The position numbers were made by a program, and so were the translations under genes. From the NCBI RefSeq assembly GCF_030028105.1, contig NC_092376.1, positions 160,982,212 through 161,046,211 of the forward strand: 64,000 nt of DNA, in the 5' to 3' direction. This DNA comes from Mobula birostris (Eukaryota). Each line of letters begins with the position of its first letter. Position 1 is the first letter of the stretch. Shown piece after piece: positions 25,456 through 37,562 of this stretch. Under the pieces are notes generated by a model, which did not search any database, was not told the DNA's origin, and was given only the letters and a program-made list of their open reading frames with translations.

Positions 25456-27369
25456 TTTACAGTTTATCACCTGTTTACTTTCACAACTGAGTTCATTTTC
25501 AGAACAATTATCCAAAATCTCATTAAGGCTTGCAGTCTCAATTTTTTTCAGGTCTTGTAAATGGAATTGAATCAAGTTTCCTGGAAGTTCATCCTGATTT
25601 GATCTACTGCAATGATCCCCCAAAAAACTTAACTAATCCTTAAAATAAATTCAGGAGATTTGTGAGGCATGATCTGGTGTCTCTAAATAGGTGTTAATAA
25701 CTAAGTTTTTGTGGGCCATGAATTAAAATAGGGAATGTTTCATGATGTAGTCTTGAGAAGCTGTAAGCCCATGGAAAATGCCTTTGTTCTGCAGAATTAT
25801 TGTGATTTTATTGCATTTTAACTATCTTTTCATGGCTACAACCTCAAACTATGATTCATTTCTCTTTTAACTGAAGTGTTTACGCAACTACGAAAATGAC
25901 AAATGGAGCACACAGATTTGTATTCTTCTTGTTTGATTGTGGGCAGGTTCATGCTTCTACTTGTGGCTACTTCTAGCTACAAGGCTGTTACTTAGAATAA
26001 AACTTGTCTATCACTATAACTTAGCAATTTGAGAGAAACTGTGAAATTGGGAATGTGAGATCTCATATGAAGGGCAAATGCAAGGAAACAAAATGGGGGT
26101 GAAATTCTCCACACCAGTGTTACAACGTGATCTCACATCACCTGCATCTGCAGTTTTTAAAAAAAAAATCAGGCTAGGTGTTTCCAGCATTTCATGAAGC
26201 AGTAAAATCAAGTGAAGGATTGTTTTAGAAAGGCTAGACTGTTACAGAACTTATTTGACTTGTTTGCGGCTCACTGAGCCCACCAACCAAATGACCATCT
26301 GGGATCCTTCCATGTCCTAGCCCACTGGTGTTGGACCAACCTTGTTGGCCTTCTGAATCGTCAGATGGGGCAGGTAAGTAGCATCTGCACTGCAGGTTAT
26401 CTCGTGCAGTATCTCTGCCATATTTGGAAATGGGGCTTTGTTTTCAAATAAAACTCTCACTCAGTTTCTCATTGAGTTGGCATTCTACGACAAAAGAAGT
26501 CTATTATCATTAAAAATAAAAAGAAACACCAAGTAGAAATGAAAAAAAATAGGGAGACTATAACAAATTCACTTCGAAATAAATAAAAAAGCAAAATATT
26601 TAACAAAAAAATTGCCTTTTAATCTGTCAGCACGTATCCATAAATTCAGGACGATTGAATTTCAATAGCTGAATGTCAGCTGTTCCAACAGAATTGCTAG
26701 TCACAGCCAGCACGAATCAGCCCATTATTTTCCCATTCCAATTGATGCAAAGACCCTGAAATTTCACCAAGCCAAAACTTTGCTTTGGTCAAATTCAGTG
26801 AGACCACTTGGGGGCGAATTATTCTCTGGAGTGCAGATCATTAACTTGGATTTTCTTCTTTTAGAATGAATATCCAGCAACTGAAGTCACTTGGAAAAGT
26901 CTGTGAGCTGACTCTGATCTTTTGTATGCAGGATTTCCTCTGTATTTCAAAGCACGTTCTGGTTTCTTCATACTCTCTTTTGAAATATGATGGTAAAATC
27001 TACAGCAGAACACGAAGTGTGGCTGTCAGCAAACGTGTATTTTGAAAAAAAAGTATTATTAGATTATTTCTTTTGTGTTGTTCAGAGCCAGATTGGTATT
27101 ATAGGAAACAGAAGAAACAGCATTCTATCAAGGAACATACCAGTGCATTCTTATAAAGTACATGGGAGATTCTTTGTGAATGCACAGAATAAATTCCATT
27201 TCTAGATCTTTTCAAACAGAATCCAATTCTGCATTGCTTTGGAAACAGTAAAGCTGTGCCACTGTTTAATATTAACTTAACTTAATGAGTATTTTTCTCA
27301 TTTTTATTTCTGATCCTTTTCTAAATTCAAGATGCAAATGAAGCCAGTGGGTGAAACGTGATTAGAATT

Positions 27370-27643
27370 ACTTTACTTTATTTAGTGATACAGCACACAG
27401 TAGGCTCCTTCCAGCCCTGCCTCCCAAGCAACCCCACAATGCTGATTGACCCTAATCTAATCACAGGACAATTTACAATGATCAATTAACCTACCTGGTA
27501 TATCTTTGAAATTGCGGATGGAAGCAGGAGCACTCGGGGAAGACACACGCGTTCTATGGGTACAGAGATTCCACACTGGACTCCAAACTCCGATGCCCCA
27601 AGCAGTAATAGCATTGTGCTAACCACTGTGCTACTGTGACGCC
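27370..27643 (-). mobile_element. tRNA-derived V-SINE (HE1-like)
   Basis: Minus strand starts GGCGTCACAGTAGCACAGTGGTTAGCAC (A box); V-domain-like CCCCGAGTGCTCCTGCTTCC...AGGTTAATTG; tail AAATAAAGTAAAG. Confidence 0.7.
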
Positions 27644-27974
27644 CCATAACGGAAACAGCTGTGACCGAGAGTGAGCAGGCATGGATAGAGAAGCCAGCTG
27701 CTAGCCAGACTCTCTGAATGAGTGTTACTTAATCCTTGTGCTACTCTGGTGAAAGGATTCAGTAACAGGCATGTGGAAATGCTTTCATTGATTTTATGGA
27801 TGAACGTTTAGATTCAATAGAAGTCAAGAAAACATCTGGTTTATCAGTAGATTTGGAAGACGTTGCCATTGGGATGAATCTCAGGGATCTGAAATTATTG
27901 GACGGGTTAACTAGTCTCTGGCAGCATTGGCCGGAAAGCATGCAAAGGTTGAAGCATTTAGGAGGGTTTTGAAA

Positions 27975-28610
27975 TATAGAGCACAGAAGGATTCTGTAGG
28001 ACCAGGATCTTCCAGTGACCACCCACTTCAATTCCACTTTTCATTCTCACACTGACATGCCTGTCCTTGGGTCCTCTGCTGCCAAAATGACGACAGTTGC
28101 AGGTTAGAGGAGCAAAACCTCATATTCCATCTGGGTTGTCTTCAACCCGATGACAAGAATGTTGATCTCTCTAACTTCTGGCAACTAGTCCCCTTTGTTT
28201 TCCCTCATTCTGGTGGTCTCTCACACCTTCTCTTCTCCTCCTCTGCCCTCATGATTTGCCCATCTTCTTCCTCTGGTTCCCTACCTTCTTCACTTTCTTC
28301 CTTGGTCCACAGCTCTCTGCCATCAGATTCCCTCTTCTTCAGCCCTTTACCTCTTCCAACCATCACTTCCCATCTTCTCATACCATTTCCTTTCATCTCT
28401 TTTACACCATCCGCCCACTTTCGTCCACACCTGGACTCAGCACTCACCTACCTGCTTGAACACCTCACCCACTCCCCACCTATTTATTTTGGCTCCTGTG
28501 CCCTTCTTTTCCAGTGCAGATGAAGGATCTCAGCCTGAAATGTCAGCTCTTCCCTTCATAGATATTGCCTGACTTGTTGAGATCTTCCAGCATTTTTTGA
28601 GTGTTTATTG
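27975..28610 (+). mobile_element. PLE 3' fragment (GIY-YIG end, UTR, decayed hammerhead)
   Basis: QDLPVTTHFNSTFHSHTDM-like coding remnant; CAGATGAAGGATCTCAGCCTGAAATGTC. Confidence 0.8.
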
Positions 28611-29082
28611 ATATTGGGGGAAGCACCTTAAAGGGCTTCACATTTTTCTTTACCCCTGCAAGTTTCGGATAACAGGGAATCTGAGGTTTAGTGTTTGGAA
28701 AGATTGTACATAGATCTTACTGGTATTGGGGTGGCAAAGTTTAAAGGGGTAAACCAGTCTTAGAGCTGTTCTTTCACGGACATGCATTACAACCATGTAG
28801 AGAGAAATGGGAGGGGAATAATGTTTATCAGTGGACTAGAGAAAGAATTTGGGAGTTTGATAGCGTTGGTCTGCAGGTGTGAGAAAAGATCAAGAGTTTT
28901 ATTCAAGACTGGGTGCAGGACAGAAAGTGGTGCCAAGAATATAAGATAACATGTCTTGATTTGGGATGGACCCTAAAAAAAATTTCAATGGTAGTATTGA
29001 AAGGTAAGGTTTGGCCAAGTGAAACATTGTTTATCCCATTGCCAATAACATTGTAATAGATAATGTAACCTGAAGGAGCTGA

Positions 29083-29570
29083 GGTGCCTAAGACTTTTGC
29101 GGAGTACTGTGGTAATTTTTTGTATTGCACTGTACTGTTGCACTGCCACAAAAAGAAACAAATTCTACGACATACATATGTGAGTGATGTTAAACTGGAT
29201 TCTGATATGGAACTCTATTGTGGACTGAGAGCGGGAAGGGGGCAGGGAGAGGGGAATCAGGGTTGGGAAAAGGGGAAGGGAGAGGGGAGGAAGCACCAGG
29301 GAGACATTCTGTAATGATCAAAAAAACAATTGTTTGGAATCAAATGACCTTGTCTCAGAATTGGGTTTGTCTGCACCCACACCACCCTCCCACCACTGGC
29401 ACTCTTTCTCTGCCACCTGTCCCACAAACCTCCCACAGCTCTCCACCGTCTCCATTCCCTAACATCCTTTGCCCCCGCCAGATTTGCGATCTTTACAAAC
29501 TCCGCTCCCCATTCACAAGTAGGCACCATAGCTACATATTTACACCTAAGAGTTTTGCACAGTACTGTAG
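29083..29570 (+). mobile_element. Composite repeat with two same-orientation Tc1-like TIR copies
   Basis: GTGCCTAAGACTTTTGCGGAGTACTGT and CACCTAAGAGTTTTGCACAGTACTGTA flank a Rex-like tail and a purine/pyrimidine block. Confidence 0.5.
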
Positions 29571-29854
29571 GTTACATATTATTCACTCATGGAATGTGGA
29601 TGTTGTTGATGTCATCATATTTTCTTTATCCCAATTGTCCTTGGGAAATTAATTTAGAGATGTTACCATAACTTGCTCGGTAAATACCGTCCACAGATTA
29701 TTTCTCTAGACAGGGTTTTAGAACTACAAGTATGACCATGTGGAATTAATAACATATTCTAAAGAAGTGTGATGTATGACACAAAGGGAATTGGATTATT
29801 CCAGGCACTCAGTGCCCTGGATTTTCTTTCTATATGCTACAAAAGAAGATTCAA

Positions 29855-30445
29855 ACAGTATTAATTTCAAGAGGACTAGAATATAAAAGCAAGGCATTGG
29901 TCAGACCTCACTTGGAGTATTGGGAGCATTTCTGGGCCTCTTATCTAAGAGAAAACGTACTGGCATTGGAGAGGGTCCAGAGGAGATTCACAAGAATGAT
30001 CCAGGAATGAAAGGGTTCAGGCATTTGGAGACCTTGATGGCTCTGGACTGTACTCACTGGAGTTCAGAACAATGAGGGGAAGATGCCATTGAACCCTATC
30101 AAATATTGAAAGGCCTAGATAGAGTGGACGTGGAGAGGATGTTTCCAAATGAGGTTGAGTCTAGGACCAGAGGGAACAGCCAGAAAATACAAGAATATCC
30201 ATCTAGAACAGAGATAAGGAGAAATTTCATTAGCTGGGGGGGGGGGGGTGTTGAATCTGTGGAATTCTTCACCACAGATGGCTGTGGAGGCCGTCATTGG
30301 GTATATTTAAAGCAAATAGGAGATAGGTTGTTGATCAGTTTGGGCATCAAAGGTTGTGGGAAGATGCAGGAGAATGGGGTTCAGAGTGATAATAAATCAG
30401 CCATTATGGAATGGAAGAGCAGACTCAATGTGCTGAATGGCCTAA
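29855..30445 (+). mobile_element. CR1 3' fragment
   Basis: LVRPHLEY, LERVQRRFTRMI, KGLDRVDVERMFP. Confidence 0.85.
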
Positions 30446-30709
30446 TGGAAAGTGCTGTTGAAAAAGCCTTGGTTTGTCGCTGAAACAAAACTTGCAGATG
30501 ATACATACTGCCTTTGAAACGATGGCAGTGAATATTTGACTTCAAGGGGTGACTGGCAAGCAACCAAACTGTTTTGCTGAATTGTTGCAACTACACTCAT
30601 TGAACCCCATCAAACTCATGGCTAGTATCCTGTAGATACTGGAAGAGCTTTGAGGAGTCAATAAATGAATCTTGCTTTGTGAAAAAAACAGACTGAATTT
30701 TCTTCTATT

Positions 30710-31680
30710 GCAACACATACAAAATGCTGGAGTAACTCAGCAGGTCAGGCAACATCTGCAGAAATGAGTAAGCAGTCAACATTTTGGGTCAAGACCCTGC
30801 TTCAGAACTGGAAAGGAACAGGGAAGATGTTAGAATAAAAATGTAGGGGAGAGGAAGGAGATAGCTAGATGGTGATAGGTAAAGCCAGGTGGACAGGAAA
30901 GAATTTAACTGAGAAGGGTGGACTTTTGGAGAAAGAGAAGGATAAGAGGACCTAGGGGGAAGTGATAGGGAGCTGAAAAGAGGTAAGAGGCCAGAGTGGG
31001 GAATAGAAGAAGGGAGGAGTAGGGATTTTTTTTTTACTGAAAGGAGTAATTGGCATTGGTAAGACCCGTCATAATTAGGGGGATCACTTGGTTGAGCGCC
31101 TCCGTCCATCCGCCAAATTCGGAACTTCCTGGTGGCCAAACAATTTAAATTCGATTCTCATTCCTGTTCCAACGTGTCAGTCCATGGCCTCCTCTTGTGC
31201 CACGATGAGGTCACGTTCAGGGTGGAGGGACAATATCTTATATCCAACCTGATGGCATGAATATCGATGTTTCCTTTCGGTAAAAAATAATCTGCCCCGC
31301 TTCCCTGCTCGTGTATTCCCCACTCTGGCCTCTTACCTCTTCTCACCTGCCTATTACCCATTCTCCCCCCCCCACCCCCGATGCCTCTTCTCCTTCCTTT
31401 GCCCCTGCAGTCCACTCTCCTATCAGATCCCTTCCTCTCCATCCCTTTACCTTTCCTACTCAGCTGACTTCACCTATCACCTTCTAGCGATTTTCCTTTC
31501 CCTCCCCCACCTTTTTATTCTGGCATTTCCCCTTTCCTTTTCAGTCCCAAAGAAGGGTGTTGGCCCAAAATGGCCAATATTTATTCATTTCTATGGATGC
31601 TGCCTTACTTGCTGAATTCCTCCAGCATTTTGTATGCATTGTTCCAGATTTCAGCATCTGCAAACTTTCTCATGTTTATG
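30710..31680 (+). mobile_element. PLE with long 5' inversion
   Basis: 30710 to about 31060 is an inverted terminus and UTR; about 31062-31680 is a GIY-YIG remnant, UTR and terminus; TSD ATTTTCTTCTATT (30697-30709) / ATTTGCTTCTATG (31681-31693). Confidence 0.82.
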
Positions 31681-31702
31681 ATTTGCTTCTATGGCTACAG
31701 TA

Positions 31703-31960
31703 ACGCAAGGTATTCTGCAGATGTTGGAAATCCACACAAAATGCTGAAGGAACTCGGCAGATCAGGCAGCATCTATGGAAAGTAATAAGGAACTAATATT
31801 TTGTGCCTAGACCCTTTATCAGGACTTGAAAGGAAGGGGGAAGAAGCCAGAATAATTAGTTGGGGGCAGGGGATGAAATAAAAGCTAGCAGGTGATAGGT
31901 GAAGCCAGGTGAGGGGGAAGATAGATGGGTAGGGAAGTGGGGATCTTTTTGCAGGGTAGA
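31703..31960 (-). mobile_element. PLE terminal fragment
   Basis: TCTGCAGATGTTGGAAATCC...ACCCTTTATCAGGACT...GGTGATAGGTGAAGCC. Confidence 0.75.
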
Positions 31961-34481
31961 TGTGGAAGGCTGCAGTATTAATGCAGTCATACACATTAGC
32001 CATAAACACTTGGAGCTTGATGGCGAGAGATGTGACAACAGTAATTCTGTAGCATTTCAAAGGAAGGCAAATATCTTCTTGGTGGACATGGTCATTGTCT
32101 GGTACTTGTGTGGTAAAAATCCTACTTGGTATCTAACAGGTCATCTTCAGTACATCTGTGAAGTGAACTAAAATTCCTTGAACTTACGTACAAGATGCTG
32201 GCTGAGAACTAAGGCAGGAGAAATTTTGGAGCACCGAGAGGAAACAGGACATACAAAATGGTACAGAAGCAGGCGAAGCCTGTAAAAGGTGAGAGCAAGG
32301 ATCAGCAGCGGGGCACTGAAGAGAAAGTGCTGGAAGAGGAAGAAGAGAATAATGAATGAGACTCCTGGGATATCAACTGACAAGTGGGAGCATCAGTGTT
32401 TCTAGTGCACTAATTAAGTCTAACTTTGCAGATGCCCTAGTTCTCTTCTCACATAATTATGTTGAAAAAACATTCATTGTTTGCTTTTATTAGAATATTA
32501 TTGCTTTCATGCTTCCCATACTATTGTTCTGATCTGTCCTCTTAACTTCTGTTTACTGGAATTACTCGGAACATGATTTCCTGCAGTTTCAGATAATTCT
32601 TTAAATGATTATCAACCTGCTCATCTCGAGCAGATGCTGAATTGCAGTAATTTATTATTTTGCTCTCTTAATGACTATATATTTTCAAGAACGTTGTTTT
32701 TGCCATTTCCTGCAAAATCAACTGAAGCTTAATGTCCACTATCATCAAACAAACATTCTGCCAACTCTGTACTTGATACCCACTGGCAACAAATGTTCTT
32801 TATCTGCCAACTTGTCAAACTTGATGCCCACTGGCATCAGACCACCGTCATCCTAATCAGTATTTAAACAGCTCATATCCAATCACTTACTGTCGAAATA
32901 CAGGCTCACTGGAGTAAATGTCATGCTCATAGTGCTTGCCTAATCTATATTCAGGTTTTGCTCCTTGACTTCAATACTTAATACAATTTTGCTGCCCTTA
33001 GCTTCCACTCTTATTTATCCAGTACATTGTGAATGTGTTGATAGACTTAACTGCAAATTAGACATTTTCTCTGACTAAACCGAGTTCTGCTGTATATAAG
33101 GATTTTAAGTAAATTGATGCATAAATAGACCTAATGTGGTAAATATAGCAGTTGTTGGAAGCAGTAATCTCATGTTTAATGTCTAAACAATGGAAGATAT
33201 AGTGAGGCGCTGGCAGGCACACAATATCATTTTAATCAGGATGAAGTTCCGCCTGGCTTGGCAGATCATAGAGGCTGTATCATAACGCTTAGAAGCATCA
33301 TAGAATGAAGAGTGGAAAACATTTCCTCGTTTATCAAGTAACCCCTTGTACTAGAGAGCATAAAAACATAGAGGTTACTCTACAGGGAGTAACTAGTACC
33401 ATGTATGTGGCTGCACAAGCACTGGCGAATCTCACATTATATACAATCGACTCAACATAAACACTAATCTGAGCCAAACAGAGAAACCCAATGGACCACA
33501 TCATTTCCCATTATTCAGTCAGCAGTGTTTCAGCTGTGCAAGATTTTCCCTTATAAAGTCTTCCAAGGATAGGTAAGATGGTATTTAGCTTGCTGTACAT
33601 TTCACTGAATATTATTATATTTATTTAAGGTCCAAAACCAGTAAGTAAAACATTACAAGAATCTCAGTGTCCCAATTTACTAGCAACTTGAGTTGATAAG
33701 AACTTAAAGAAGGTAAATGATCCCTAATATTGTAATTAGAATTCTAAGAAGGCCAAAACATTTTCCATTTGTCCCAAATTCAAGCTTAGTTACCATTTTT
33801 TCCCTTCTATGAAGGACAGAGAATTCACGATGATGATCATGCTTATTCATTGACCATTGCTTTGAAAGAATGGCATTTCTTAAAGTGAATGCTTTCTTTG
33901 ATCAACTCTTGATTAAGTGAATTAGTGTTGATTGAAGCAAATGTTTGCTTTCCATGGGATTTAGGATAAACCTGATCAAAGCTGAAATCTTTTGAAAAAA
34001 ATTCCTCTGCTCGAGACTGGAGGAAACAGATATCTGATGTGAGGAATTCAAATAATAAACCTGTTATTCTTGAACTGGGGTACTGTTACATGAGAGAGCA
34101 GTATCAGCACTCTTTAGAACTTCACTGGACAACACTGGTAAGGCTGCTAATGCTGGTAAACAGTGTAGATTAATTTTTAGGTTAATGATTTTTGCAACTT
34201 TATGGTAGTTGAATCAAAAAGTAGAAGGAATATTACAATTCACCAACCATTAAAATACTTTGCATTTCTTTCAGCCATTACGTAAGGCCTGCAAGGAGTA
34301 CTATATCTATCATGCAGGCATAATCTTTAGTGCTGATATGATAGCTGTTGTGAAATGCAGCAACTGGCACTATTTTTGACATTTGATTGTTTATTTGTGG
34401 AACGCTGGCATCACCGCCGAAACCGCTATTTAATTCTTCTTCATTTGGATAGTGAGCTCAGCCATTTTAGAGCTCCCCGCA

Positions 34482-35855
34482 GATAGCCTACCAGGAGTAC
34501 ACTGGAGTTGATGATACTGTCATCTATCTGCTGAAGAGAGCCTACTCCCATTTGGATGAGCAGCACAGCACTGTGAGGATCATGTTTTTTGATTTATCTA
34601 CTGCCTTCAATGCCATACAACATTCATTGCTGGGGGAAAAGTTCTGTTCAGTGCAGGTTGTCACGTCCATTATATCCTGGATAAAGGACTTCCTGACTGG
34701 CAGACCACAGTTTGTGCAGCTTTAGAGTTGTGTGTCAGACATACCTATAAGCAGCACTGGGGCCCCACAGGGAACTGTAATGGCTCCCTTTCTGTTCACC
34801 CTGTATACCTCAGACTTTAGATACAACACTGAGACATGCCATCGGCAGAAATTCTCTGATCACTCAGCAATAGTTTGGTGTACAAAGGAAGGACGGGAGG
34901 AGGACTTTGTCAAAAGGTGCAAGCTAAGTCATTTGCAGGTCAACATCAGAAAGTCAAAGGAGATGGTGATGTAATTTATGAAGACCAAGCCAGTACTGCT
35001 CCCTGTTACTATTGATGGTGAGGATGTGGTGAGGACCTGGATGACAGACTTGAGTGGGGCACTGACACAGATGCTGTGTATAAGAAGGGCCAGAGTCGTC
35101 TCTACTGAGTCCTTTGGAGTATGCAGGCCTCTCCTTCAATGTTCTACCAGTCTGTTGTTGCCAGAACAATCTTCTACACGGTGTTGTGCTTGGGCAATGG
35201 CTTCAACACGGGTGATGCCAACAGGGTCAATAAACCAATAAAAAAAAGATTGGCTCTGTTATAGGAGTCAAACTGGACACACTGGAGCTGTGGTAGGACA
35301 AAGGACCCTTCAGAAAATCCTGTGAATTCTGAACAGTGTTTCTCACCCTCCGCATGCAACCTTGGCTGAACAGAGGAGCACTTTCAGTAACAGACTAAGA
35401 CAACTGTGCAGCTCCAAAGAGCGCTACATGTAGTCATTCTTACCCTCGGTCATAAGGCTCTACAATATGTCAATCTATAGGAGGGGAAGTGATGACCCCT
35501 CCTATTAGAATGTTATTAACTTTTGTTTACCAGAGCTCTGTTTACTACACCTTGCTATCACAGACATCCTGTGCAATACTGTGCAGTACTGCCATCACTT
35601 CTTATCCGGACGGTGTGAATGTCCACCCATTACTATATAATATTATGGTAATTGTTGCACTACCATCTTATCAGTGTGAACTTGTAAATCTTATAAATCT
35701 TATAATCTTTGACTTGCAAACCTTGTACATCTTATTTTTAAGGTAACTTTTTAATCCTTTCTTACTTCCCTTCTAATATATGTATATCTGTTCACTTGTA
35801 ATGCTCCTGTGACACTGTCATTTCCTTTGGGATCAATAAAGTATCTATCTATCTA
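34482..35855 (+). mobile_element. Rex1/Babar-like non-LTR element, 5'-truncated
   Basis: STGAPQGTVMAPFLFTLYTSDF, QKFSDHSAIV; tail AATAAAGTATCTATCTATCTA. Confidence 0.85.
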
Positions 35856-35959
35856 ATCACATAGCTACAAATTAGGAGTCACACACAGACCGGGTCAGGT
35901 AAAAAAAAAAGCAGTGATCCTTTGTGAAAAAAGGATTGACATTGGCCAAGCACAGTTCC

Positions 35960-36835
35960 GACGTCATCGCCAATTCACCGGTGACACCATGGGCAGTGAT
36001 CAGTTAGTGTACAGGAGAGAGATAGAAAGCTAGGTTGCTTTAAGCTGATAGCATTAGTAAAACTAAAGAATTGACTGTTGGCTTCATGAAGGCATACGAG
36101 TCTGAATGTACACCAACCTATATTAGTGGATCAGCAATGGAGAGGGTCAGCAGCTTTAAATTATTGAGTATTAGCATATCAGATAACCTTCCATTGGCCC
36201 AACATATATATGCAATTACAAGGCACACCAGTGTCCTTACATAGAAATTTGCTAAGCTTTGTTATGTCACCGAACACTCTGAAAACTTCTACAGATGTAC
36301 TGTTAAAAGCATCCTGACTGGTTGCATCACGGTCTAGTGTGGCAATTTGAATGCAGAGAATGGAGGACTCAGTCTAGTACATCACAAACTCATCCATCTG
36401 CACCATTTATAGTGTCTATATGAGGCACTGGCTCGAAAAGGCAATATGAATCATCAAAGATTCCCGCCATCTGAGCTGTACTATATTTTCACAGCTAACA
36501 TCAGGCAGGAGGTACAGAAACCTGAAGTCTCACACCACAAGTTCAAAACAATAGTTTCCCTTCAGCCACTTGCCTCTTGAATCAACAAGCACAACCCTAA
36601 CCATTACCTCAGGAGAGGCACAGTATGACCACTTTAACCACGTTGCATTACAATGGAATTTATTTTTTTTATATATTCTAAGAGTGTTCATTCTTGTAAA
36701 AATTGTGAATACATTTATGTTTGATTTACATTTTTCTTGTGACTGTTGTGAATCTGATTCTATGTGCCTGTAACGATGCTGCAAGTCTTTCATTGAACCT
36801 GTGCTTTTGTACATGACAATAAACTCAAATTTTGA
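35960..36835 (+). mobile_element. Rex1-like 3' fragment
   Basis: SKTKEL, ERVSSFK, SGRRYRNL remnants; AATAAACTCAAA tail. Confidence 0.75.
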
Positions 36836-37219
36836 CAATATTTTCACAGTCACTGTTAATCAATCTCAGGTTATCTTTTAAAATTCTATATTATTTAATT
36901 AATTTAATTTAAATTCCATAGCTGCCATGATGAAATCTGAACTCATGCCTCTGGGATATACGACCATGAAAGGCGAGTTCATGAATATGATGATTACATT
37001 ACTGTGCCAAAGTATCAGGAATGGGGCACAAAGATTATTTCAAAATATTCTGACCCTTCAGGAGTATCAATAGAAGTTGCAGTGGGTGCCGTGGGAGCAG
37101 CCTCAGTGTTAAGAATTTCCTGTTTATTTGTGATAGATTCACAACATTTTTTCTGCATAACAAAAGTCCTCCTGCCAAGTTGAATGTAAATAACAAGGGA
37201 ATTTAGAGTCAAAAAGTCA

Positions 37220-37562
37220 GAGAACACTACTGCAGGGAAACAGCTCCTTTGGCCCATCTAATTGTGTCACTGACCCGCCTGCACTCGGACCATAACCCTC
37301 CGTACCTGCCCATCCATGCACCTATCCAAGTCTCCAATAATGAAATCAAATCCACATCCAGCATCTCCACCACCAGCTTGTTCCACACTCTCATCACCCT
37401 CTCAGTGAAGAAGTTCCCTCTCATGTTCCCCTCAGATATTTTACCTTTCACCCTTAACCCATGGCCTCTAATTCTAGTCTCACCCAACCTCAGTGGAAAA
37501 AGCCTATTTGCATTTAGCCGATCTATACCCCTCATAATTTTTTATACCTCTCCCAAATCTCC
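37220..37562 (-). mobile_element. CR1 3' end
   Basis: MRGIDRLNANRLFPLRLGETRIRGHGLRVKG...FFTERVMRVWN. Confidence 0.85.

Noticed and set aside
26228-26380. Exon ending at a consensus donor CAG|GTAAGT (26374)
   Set aside because: All three frames from the nearest acceptor tested contain stops; isolated consensus hits are expected by chance. A non-coding exon cannot be excluded.
27590-27643. tRNA gene
   Set aside because: Only a tRNA-derived SINE head; no complete cloverleaf.
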